The position numbers and the translations under genes are program-made. From positions 1,798 through 65,797 of the forward strand of contig JBEIPU010000003.1 of NCBI GenBank assembly GCA_040376925.1: a stretch of DNA of 64,000 nucleotides, read 5' to 3'. Positions 26,354 through 33,801 of this stretch are shown piece by piece; the first letter of the stretch is position 1; the number at the start of each line of letters is the position of its first letter. Below the pieces are notes generated by a model that saw nothing but the letters and a program-made list of their open reading frames with translations, was not told the DNA's origin and searched no databases. Source of the stretch: Caenimonas sp. (GTDB lineage: Bacteria > Pseudomonadota > Gammaproteobacteria > Burkholderiales > Burkholderiaceae_C).

Positions 26354-27471
26354 GTGTTCTCCTGCAACCTGCCGGCCAGGCGCAAACCGCCCATTGGAGC
26401 ATAGCCAGCGCGTGAGGCCATGGCCGGTTGCGGGACGGTGAAGCGGTAGAAGAAGTTGCCGTCGCGCACCGGGTGCTCACCCGTCACATGCTCGATCAGC
26501 CCGAAGCGCAGCAGGCGGTTGAGCAGGATCTCGGCCTCATGCGATCGCAGCTTGAGCCGCCGGGCCAGCCACTGCACGGCCTCGGCCCCCACAAAGCAGC
26601 GCGCGTAGGTGGTGCCCAGGTAGGTCCGGTCTTTCACGTCCAGGCCCGAAGGCTGGCTCACCAGGGCATACACCGCGCCCAGGTTCCAGCGGTCCACGGC
26701 GCTGGCCAGCGTGGGGCGGTAAAAGTTGGGCAGGTCGGCAAACGGCTGTTCATGCACCACATGCTGCAGCAGGTCCAGCGCCTGCAGGTCCAGCCCCAGG
26801 CGTACGGCGGCCGGCCGCTTGAGCTTGAAGCGGTTGCCCAGCCAGTCCACCACCTCGGTGCCGGTGTGGCACGACGGGTAGGTCTTGAAGTGGTACATGC
26901 GGTCGATGGCCTTGACGTGGCTGGCCATGGCGTGGCACAGCGCCTCGGCCGTGAGGCCGGTGGCGCGGCGGATGCGGTGGCGCGGCGCGGCATCGTCCAG
27001 CTTGACCTGCATGGCACTGAAGTACTGGGCCAGCGCCTCGGGCGGCAGCGGCGGTGCGCCTGCCAGGCGCGCCAGGCATTCCACCAGCGGCTGGCCCGGC
27101 TGTGCCAGCGACACCGGGTCCAGGTCGGCCCACAGCCCGGCAAAGCCCAGCTCCAGCGCCCAGGCCTGCTCGGTGGGCCACAGCCCGGCCAGCTCGCGCG
27201 TGAGCACGACGCGGGCACGGCGCTGGGGATCGGGCAGCGCCGCAGCCAGGGCGATCAGGCTGGAGGCCGCCGGGGCGATGGCCGCCATGTCAATCACGGC
27301 CACGCTGTGCGGCTGGGCCACCAGCGCGGCGTCCAGCCGGGCCAGCGCGTCGGGCCCGGCCACCAGGTCGGCCGGCGGCTGGCGCATGGCCATGCAGACA
27401 GCGCGCAGGGCCTGGCGGGCAGCGTCTGATGCCAGGCACAGCCAGACAGTGGGAGGCAGGGGGGTGTTCAT
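26350..27471 (-). CDS. tandem DEP-domain protein with receiver-like N-terminal region
   Basis: Two DEP-like repeats (YPSCHTGTEVVDWL...LLQHV...FYR and YARCFVGAEAVQWL...RSHEAEILLNRLLRFGLIEHV...FFYRF). Stop overlaps the next ATG (ATGA). Confidence 0.65.
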   Translation of the reverse strand: MNTPLPPTVWLCLASDAARQALRAVCMAMRQPPADLVAGPDALARLDAALVAQPHSVAVIDMAAIAPAASSLIALAAALPDPQRRARVVLTRELAGLWPTEQAWALELGFAGLWADLDPVSLAQPGQPLVECLARLAGAPPLPPEALAQYFSAMQVKLDDAAPRHRIRRATGLTAEALCHAMASHVKAIDRMYHFKTYPSCHTGTEVVDWLGNRFKLKRPAAVRLGLDLQALDLLQHVVHEQPFADLPNFYRPTLASAVDRWNLGAVYALVSQPSGLDVKDRTYLGTTYARCFVGAEAVQWLARRLKLRSHEAEILLNRLLRFGLIEHVTGEHPVRDGNFFYRFTVPQPAMASRAGYAPMGGLRLAGRLQENT

Positions 27472-27500
27472 GGGCGGCAACCAGTGGGGTGGACCAACCG

Positions 27501-27531
27501 GTGTGTCGCCCCGGGGGCTGATTTCTTACTC
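27501..27531 (-). promoter_or_regulatory. shared promoter-region box, copy A (upstream of the DEP operon)
   Basis: 27512-27531 CGGGGGCTGATTTCTTACTC matches 30673-30692 at 17/20, and GTGTGTC matches GTGAGTC further on. Confidence 0.35.
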
Positions 27532-27573
27532 GCCGGTCCCGTCGCGCACGGCGCGGACTTGTTCAGAGCTTCC

Positions 27574-27804
27574 CTAGATTCGCCAGTCGTTCCCGCGCAA
27601 GGGCTTGTCACGCACAGGCCATACGGGGCAAAGCATCTGCACCACTTCCATCAGGCTCAGCCACTCGGCAATGGGGTCATCGCCAGACGCCTTGTCCTGT
27701 TGCCGCTCAAAAGGTACCCCTGCCTCGCGTACCAGCACTGCATCTGCATTGGCGCGGTCTGACGCCGGGTCAGCGTCCGCACCGGCGTCACCCGAGGAGT
27801 TCAT
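27574..27804 (-). CDS. small hypothetical protein downstream of the nucleotidyltransferase
   Basis: 76-aa ORF from ATG 27804, overlapping the NTase stop by 17 nt. No recognisable motif. Confidence 0.3.
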   Translation of the reverse strand: MNSSGDAGADADPASDRANADAVLVREAGVPFERQQDKASGDDPIAEWLSLMEVVQMLCPVWPVRDKPLRGNDWRI

Positions 27805-28306
27805 CAAGGAGTTCCGGTTTGTCGAACAAGGAAAAGTATTCACGCAACTCATCCATGTCGAGCGAACCGCGGTGTACTTTAAGCAGTGCGCGAATGTCGT
27901 CCAGGTCGCGCGTTCGCGTTGCATCGTTCACGAAGCCCTGCAGCTTGAAGCCTATGAGTCCTTCGACGCTGATGATGCGCATGCGGCCCATGGGGGTTTC
28001 GCGCTCGGCCGCCTGCGCGAGCAGGCGGCGCGCCAGGGGGCGACGCGCGTACAGCAAATCCAGGCCTTCTGTAGCGCGCACATAGTTGGCGGCATCTTCA
28101 CTGCGGTACAGGCACTGGTAGCCCAAGCCCAGCAGTGCATCGTGCACCCGGTCCGCAGCTTCAGCCTCCACCAGAAAGTCCACATCCTGGGTGGCGCGCA
28201 CCACCTGGTGGGCAACCACTGCCAGGCCTCCGATCAATGCCGGTGCTGTACCGTTGCGCGTGAACATGCTCAGTGCTTCGCGGATTTGTTCGGCCAGGTT
28301 TGACAT
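27788..28306 (-). CDS. small nucleotidyltransferase-fold protein (minimal NTase, toxin-antitoxin-like)
   Basis: IGGLAVVAHQVVRATQDVDFLV matches the G-G...D-x-D pol-beta NTase signature. Local GC is visibly lower (63/120 G+C counted in 27781-27900). Confidence 0.55.
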   Translation of the reverse strand: MSNLAEQIREALSMFTRNGTAPALIGGLAVVAHQVVRATQDVDFLVEAEAADRVHDALLGLGYQCLYRSEDAANYVRATEGLDLLYARRPLARRLLAQAAERETPMGRMRIISVEGLIGFKLQGFVNDATRTRDLDDIRALLKVHRGSLDMDELREYFSLFDKPELLDELLG

Positions 28307-28404
28307 ATCCCGTCGGGCATAGGGTGAATGCAGGCATCATAGCGGCCGCTTGGGGCCTGGCGGCCCCCACCGACAGCGTTGCGCGCAATGCCGCAACCCG
28401 CAGG

Positions 28405-29934
28405 TTACGGGCGTACCGGCAACCGCAACGTCACCGCCGTCCCCACGCCTTCGCGACTGTCAACGCCCACCGTGCCGCCATGCAGCTCGGCAATGCGCTT
28501 GACGATGGCCAGGCCCAGGCCCTTGCCGCCCTCGCCGGTGGCCGGCGCCGCGCTGTGGCGGGCCTGGTAGAAGCGGTCGAACAGATGCGGCTGGTCCGCC
28601 GGCGCGATGCCGGCGCCGCTGTCGCTCACGCCCAGCAGCAGCCAGCCGTCGGCCTGGCGCGCCTGCAGCGTGATGCGCCCGCCCGCGGGGGTGAACTTCA
28701 GCGAGTTTTCCACCAGGTTAGCCAGCGCCCGCTCGATCAGCTCCACGTCCACCCGCGCATGCAGCGCGGTTTCCTGTGCCACCAGCGTCACGCCCTGGGC
28801 GCCGGCGCGCGCGGCAAAGCGCATGGCCACGTCATTGAGCAGGTCGTCCAGCGCCAGCTCTTCGGGACGCAGCTCAAACGCGGGTTCGTCCAGTTGGGCC
28901 AGGTCGCCCATGGCCTGCACCAGGCGCGCGGCGTTGCGGGTGTTGCGCAGGGCCACGCTGATCAACTCGCGGTCTGCGGTGCGGTCGCCATCGTGGCCGG
29001 TGGTGCGTTGCGGGTCGGACCAGCGGTTGTCCAGCGTCTCCAGGCAGGCCGTGGTGGCCGTCAGCGGCGAGCGCAGGTCGTGCGACAGGTTGCTGACCCC
29101 TTCGCGGCGGAAATGGTCCAGCCGGCGCAGCGTGACCCACTGGCTGCGCAGCGTCTGCAGCATGGCCTGCATGCCGCGCGCCAGCTGGCCAAATTCATCA
29201 CGCGCGTCGGTGCCCGGCACCTGCGCCAGCGCGGGCAGGGGCGCGGCGGGGGCGGGGCCGTCCAGGCCGTCACGCGTCACGTCGCTCACGGCCGCCGTCA
29301 GGCGCGCCAGCGGGCGCGTGACGGTGGCCGTGACCCAGGCCGCCAGCACCGCCATGCCCACCACCACCAGCAAAATCATCATCAGCCCCGGCTGCGCCAG
29401 CGTGCCGCGCAGTGTGGCCACGCGGTCGGCGCTGAAGGGCATGGGCTGGCACACGAAGTACAAAAATCCGTCCACTGCAGCGTCGGGGCGGATCGACTGC
29501 TGGCGCAGCGGCCGCGCCGCCACCACGGCCGGCTTGGCCGGGTCGGCCGGGTCGGTGCCCATGACGTAGGTGACCGGAGCGGCACCGGCCGCCTGGCGCA
29601 CTGGTGCCATGGGCACGCGGTAGCCGGGCGGCAGGCTCACGTCGCCCGACGCCGCCAGTACCGCGCCCTGGGCGTCCAGCAGGTACAGGCGCACGCCGGG
29701 CTCGTACAGCACCAGGTTGCGCAAAAAGGCCGCCACCTGGTCGGGCGCGCGGCGGTGGCTTTCCAGCAGCTCGGGGTGCTGCTGCGCCACGCGCTGCAAA
29801 AAGGCGTCGGCCCGCTGGTAGGCCGATTCGTACTCAAACCGCTGGAACGCCAGCACCACCGTCACCAGCACGCCAATGGCGGTCAGCAGCCCCGCCAGCA
29901 AAATCGTCAGCGCGATCTTCAGGCGCACGCTCAT
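28405..29934 (-). CDS. sensor histidine kinase (two TM, HAMP, HisKA, HATPase)
   Basis: ATG 29934 overlaps the response-regulator stop (ATGA). H-box SNLSHDLRSPLT, N-box LVENSLKFTP, G-boxes DSGAGI and GKGLGLAI. Confidence 0.85.
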   Translation of the reverse strand: MSVRLKIALTILLAGLLTAIGVLVTVVLAFQRFEYESAYQRADAFLQRVAQQHPELLESHRRAPDQVAAFLRNLVLYEPGVRLYLLDAQGAVLAASGDVSLPPGYRVPMAPVRQAAGAAPVTYVMGTDPADPAKPAVVAARPLRQQSIRPDAAVDGFLYFVCQPMPFSADRVATLRGTLAQPGLMMILLVVVGMAVLAAWVTATVTRPLARLTAAVSDVTRDGLDGPAPAAPLPALAQVPGTDARDEFGQLARGMQAMLQTLRSQWVTLRRLDHFRREGVSNLSHDLRSPLTATTACLETLDNRWSDPQRTTGHDGDRTADRELISVALRNTRNAARLVQAMGDLAQLDEPAFELRPEELALDDLLNDVAMRFAARAGAQGVTLVAQETALHARVDVELIERALANLVENSLKFTPAGGRITLQARQADGWLLLGVSDSGAGIAPADQPHLFDRFYQARHSAAPATGEGGKGLGLAIVKRIAELHGGTVGVDSREGVGTAVTLRLPVRP

Positions 29935-30647
29935 GCAGCAGTGGCCTCCCGCATGCGGTAGCCCGCCCCCCGCACGGTCAGGATGATCTGGGGCTTGAGC
30001 GGGTCGGCCTCCAGCTTGGCGCGCAGGCGGTTGATGTGGGTGGTGACGGTGTGCTCGTAGCCGTCGTGGGTGTAGCCCCACACGGCGTTGAGCAGCTGCC
30101 CGCGCGAAAACACCCGCCCCGGGTGGCGTGCAAAGTGCAGCAGCAAATCAAATTCCAGCGCGGTGAATTCCATGACACCGCCGCGCAGGCGCACCTGGCG
30201 CTTGGCCGGCTGGATCTCCAGCTCGCCGTTGGTGATGGGGGCATCCGCCGGCGCGGCCCCGGGGGCGCTGGCGGCACGCACCAGCTCGGCGCGACGCAGC
30301 AGCGCCTTCACGCGCGCCAGCAGCTCGGCCAGGGAGAACGGCTTGGTCAGGTAATCGTCGGCGCCCAGCTCCAGGCCCAGCACGCGGTCCAGCTCGGTGG
30401 ACTTGGCCGTGAGCATCAGGATGGGGGTGGCGCAGCCGCGTGCGCGCAGGGCCTTGCACACGTCCAGGCCGTCCATGTGCGGCATCATCAGGTCCAGCAC
30501 CAGCAGGTCGGCCGGCTGGCGGTCCTGCGCGGCCAGGGCCTCGCGCCCGTCGCTGGCCTGCACCACGTCGTAGCCCGCGCCCTGCAGGTTGAGCGCCAGC
30601 AGGTCCCGGATGTCGGTCTGGTCTTCGGCGATGAGGATGCGTTTCAT
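29931..30647 (-). CDS. OmpR-family response regulator
   Basis: MKRILIAEDQ...LLVLDLMMPHMDG...LTAK receiver and winged-helix C-terminus (TVRGAGYRM). ATG 30656 is an alternative start. Confidence 0.9.
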   Translation of the reverse strand: MKRILIAEDQTDIRDLLALNLQGAGYDVVQASDGREALAAQDRQPADLLVLDLMMPHMDGLDVCKALRARGCATPILMLTAKSTELDRVLGLELGADDYLTKPFSLAELLARVKALLRRAELVRAASAPGAAPADAPITNGELEIQPAKRQVRLRGGVMEFTALEFDLLLHFARHPGRVFSRGQLLNAVWGYTHDGYEHTVTTHINRLRAKLEADPLKPQIILTVRGAGYRMREATAA

Positions 30648-30661
30648 GGGCTCCATGGCCC

Positions 30662-30692
30662 GTGAGTCATGGCGGGGCCTGCTTTCTTACCC
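30662..30692 (-). promoter_or_regulatory. shared promoter-region box, copy B (upstream of the RR/HK operon)
   Basis: 30673-30692 CGGGGCCTGCTTTCTTACCC. See copy A. Confidence 0.35.
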
Positions 30693-30776
30693 AATTGTTA
30701 TCCAGTTGTGATCTTTCGTGAGGGCGGCGTGAGCCTGGGCGCCCACAGTCCATCCATCGACACCGAAGGACACACC

Positions 30777-31337
30777 ATGCAAGCCCCCACACCCGCCCAG
30801 ACCGACGCCCTGAACCCGCTTGACTGCGTGGTGGAGGGCGCCCAGCTGCACCCCCACCGCGCCTACCTGCTGCGCGTGGCCCGCAACAAGCTGCGCGACC
30901 CGGCGCTGGCCGAGGACGCAGTGCAGGATGTGTTCGAGGCCGTGCTGGCCGGTCGCGCCCGGTTTGGCGGGCGCAGCGCCCTGCGCACCTGGCTCACCGG
31001 CATCCTGCTGCACAAGGTGACCGACCTGCAGCGCCAGGGCATGCGCTACTGCGCGCTGGACGCCGGGCGTGACGACGATGACGAAGCTGCCGACGCGCAC
31101 GACACCGCCTGCGACGCCCCCGGCCCCGAAGACAGCGCCGGGCAGCGCGAGCTGCTGGCGCGCACGCTGGCCTGCATCGACCGCCTGCCCGCTGCGCTGC
31201 GCGACGTGATGTGGCGCCGCGCCATCCATGACGAGCCGACCGAAACCGTGTGCCGCCAGCTGGGCATCACGCCCGACGCGATGTTTGTGCGCCTGCACCG
31301 CGCCCGCCGCCAGATTGAAGCCGCCGTGCTGTGCTGA
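30777..31337 (+). CDS. ECF-type RNA polymerase sigma factor
   Basis: ATG 30777. Region 2 (AEDAVQDVFEAV...LRTWLTGILLHKVTD) and region 4 (LPAALRDVMWRR...QLGITPDAMFVRLHRARRQI). Confidence 0.8.
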   Translation: MQAPTPAQTDALNPLDCVVEGAQLHPHRAYLLRVARNKLRDPALAEDAVQDVFEAVLAGRARFGGRSALRTWLTGILLHKVTDLQRQGMRYCALDAGRDDDDEAADAHDTACDAPGPEDSAGQRELLARTLACIDRLPAALRDVMWRRAIHDEPTETVCRQLGITPDAMFVRLHRARRQIEAAVLC

Positions 31338-31417
31338 CCGCGCGCGCCTGAGGGCCCGTTAGCATTCAGGCTTTCAGACTCTGCACCCGTGGGCCAGCCC
31401 GCGGCCCCTGCCCGCCC

Positions 31418-32494
31418 ATGCCTGACGACAGCGCCACCTTGACCGCCCGCCTGGCTGCTGCCCTGCAGGGCAGCAACAGCCCCTGGGCCGGCGCTGCGCT
31501 GGAGCGCCTGCCTGACAAGGGCCTGGCGCACGACCATGTGCGCATCAACGGCAGCGGGCTGCTGGCGCGCATCCCCAAGCAAAGCCAGATGCGCCTGGCG
31601 CCCGCCGACAACCTGGCCTACCAGGCCGCGTGCTTTGAACGCGCCGCCGTCGGCGGCCATGCCCCGCGCCTGCACGGCGTGCTGGCGCCGTCGGCCCAGT
31701 TACCGCGTGGCGCGCTGCTGGTGCAGGAGGTGGTGGGCCGCGCGGCTGCCCTGCCGGCTGATCTGCCCGCCATCGTGCAGGCGCTGGCCGCGCTGCATGC
31801 GCTGCCCCTGCCCGCGCCGCACGCGCGCCGCCCGCTGCTGGACGACGCCGATGCGCTGGCCGCACTGTATGAAGAGCTGGCGCAGCAGGCGCAGTACCTG
31901 GCGGCGGCTGGCGTGGCCCCCGCCGTGGCCCGTGCCGTGACGCAGGAGCTGCAGCGGCTGAACGCGTTGTGCGCCGCCGACGCCCGGCCGCCGCGCCACC
32001 TGATCGCGTTTGACGGCCACCCGGGCAACTTCATCGTGCAGGGCCACGGGCACGCCGTGCTGGTGGACCTGGAGAAATGCCGCTACAGCTACCCCGCGCT
32101 GGACATCGCCCATGCGACGCTCTACACGTCCACCACGTGGGACGAGGAATCCAGTGCCGTGCTCACGCCCGCACAGGTGCAGGGCGCCTACGCCGCCTGG
32201 GCGGCCGCCGTGGGCCCGCGCGTGGCCGGCCCGGCGCAGGCCTGGCATGTGCCGCTGCGCCGCGCCATGTGGTTGTGGTCCATCACCTGGTGCGCCAAAT
32301 GGCGTGTGCTGTCTGCTGCCGGTGCGCCGCTGGATGCGGCGGGCGAGGACTGGTCCGCCGGCCAGAGTGACGCCGCACTGGTGGCCCATGTGCGTGGCCG
32401 GGTGGACCATTACCTCGGCGCCGATGTGGTGGCGCGCATGCGGGACGAATTTGACGCGCTGGAGGCTGCACTGGCCCAGGCGCCTGCTTCATGA
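31418..32494 (+). CDS. APH/choline-kinase-fold phosphotransferase
   Basis: Catalytic loop LIAFDGHPGNFIV and metal-binding VLVDLEKCRYSYPALDIAH. Confidence 0.7.
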   Translation: MPDDSATLTARLAAALQGSNSPWAGAALERLPDKGLAHDHVRINGSGLLARIPKQSQMRLAPADNLAYQAACFERAAVGGHAPRLHGVLAPSAQLPRGALLVQEVVGRAAALPADLPAIVQALAALHALPLPAPHARRPLLDDADALAALYEELAQQAQYLAAAGVAPAVARAVTQELQRLNALCAADARPPRHLIAFDGHPGNFIVQGHGHAVLVDLEKCRYSYPALDIAHATLYTSTTWDEESSAVLTPAQVQGAYAAWAAAVGPRVAGPAQAWHVPLRRAMWLWSITWCAKWRVLSAAGAPLDAAGEDWSAGQSDAALVAHVRGRVDHYLGADVVARMRDEFDALEAALAQAPAS

Positions 32495-33801
32495 CGCTGG
32501 CCATCATCGTGCCCGTGCTGAACGAAGGCGCCGCGCTGGCCGCGCGGCTGCAGGCGCTGCAGCCGTTGCGCAGCCGGGGCGCCGAGCTGATGGTGGTGGA
32601 CGGCGGCAGCACCGATGGCAGCGTGGCTGTGGCCGCAGCGCTGGCCGACCAGGTGCTGACCGCGCCGCGCGGGCGCGCCGCCCAGATGAACGCCGGGGCC
32701 TGCGCCACGCGGGCCGGCACGCTGCTGTTCCTGCATGCCGACACGCAACTGCCGCCCGACGCCGATGCATTGATTGAACAGGCCCTGGATGCCGGCTGTG
32801 CATGGGGCCGATTCGACGTGCACATTGCCGGTGCCCACCCACTGTTGCCCATGGTGGCGGCTTTCATGAACGCGCGCTCGCGCATTACCGGCATCGCCAC
32901 CGGCGACCAGGCGATGTTTGTGCGCCGGGCCGTGTTCAACGCCGTGGGCGGTTTTGCGCCGCAGCCGCTGATGGAAGACATCGCCCTGAGCCGCCGCCTG
33001 CGCGCCGTGGGTGCCCCGGCCTGCCTGGCCGCGCGCGTCATCACATCGGGCCGCCGCTGGGACGAGCACGGCCTGTGGCGCACCATCGCTTTGATGTGGC
33101 GGCTGCGCGCGGCGTACTTTCTGGGGGCCAGCCCGCAGGCCCTGGCCGCGCGCTACGGCTATGCCACCCGCGCACCGGCAGCGCTGGCCATCCTGGCCAA
33201 GGCGCCGGTGCCGGGTCTGGCCAAAACCCGGCTCATTCCCGCTTTGGGTGCCGCCGGTGCGGCCCGCGCGCAGCGCGGCTTTGCGCTGCAAACGCTGGCC
33301 ACCGCGCGCGCCGCAGCCACCGGCTCCGTGGCGCTGTGGTGCGCGCCCGATGCACGCCACCGTTTCTTTGCCGCCTTGCGCGCGCGCCACGGCGTGGCCT
33401 GCGAGACGCAACCCGGCGGCGACCTGGGGGAGCGCATGGGCATGGTGATGCGCCGGCACTTTGCCGCTGCGCCCGCGATGCCGCTGCTGATCGTGGGCAC
33501 AGACTGCCCGGTGCTGACGCCGGCGCACCTGCAACAGGCCGCTGACCTGCTGCAGAAGAACGACGCCGTGCTGATCCCGGCCGAAGACGGCGGCTATGTG
33601 CTGATCGGCCTGCGCCGGCCCCTGCCTTCGGTATTTGAAGGCATCACCTGGAGCACGCCGCAGGTGCTGATGCAAACCCGCGAGCGGCTGCTGGCTGCGG
33701 GCGTGAGCTGGCAGGAGCTGCCCGCGCTGTGGGATGTGGATGAGCCGCTGGACTGGGCGCGGTGGCAGCGCCAGCGCGACAAGGAGAAACGCATTGACTG
33801 A
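32491..33801 (+). CDS. fused GT2-like (TIGR04283-like) / DUF2064 (TIGR04282-like) transferase
   Basis: N-terminal half: IIVPVLNEG, VVDGGSTDGS, GRAAQMNAGA, LFLHADT, GDQAMF, MEDIALS. C-terminal half: KAPVPGLAKTRL, VGTDCP, EDGGYVLIG. ATGA overlap with the kinase. Confidence 0.7.
   Translation: MTLAIIVPVLNEGAALAARLQALQPLRSRGAELMVVDGGSTDGSVAVAAALADQVLTAPRGRAAQMNAGACATRAGTLLFLHADTQLPPDADALIEQALDAGCAWGRFDVHIAGAHPLLPMVAAFMNARSRITGIATGDQAMFVRRAVFNAVGGFAPQPLMEDIALSRRLRAVGAPACLAARVITSGRRWDEHGLWRTIALMWRLRAAYFLGASPQALAARYGYATRAPAALAILAKAPVPGLAKTRLIPALGAAGAARAQRGFALQTLATARAAATGSVALWCAPDARHRFFAALRARHGVACETQPGGDLGERMGMVMRRHFAAAPAMPLLIVGTDCPVLTPAHLQQAADLLQKNDAVLIPAEDGGYVLIGLRRPLPSVFEGITWSTPQVLMQTRERLLAAGVSWQELPALWDVDEPLDWARWQRQRDKEKRID

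Noticed and set aside
27512-30692. Interpreting the two 20-nt boxes as att-like or target-site duplications of an inserted 3.2-kb element.
   Set aside because: No integrase or transposase is present. Only the NTase part has lower GC, while the HK/RR genes look native. The repeats are imperfect (17/20) and positioned like promoter elements. This is kept only as an alternative in the corresponding finding.
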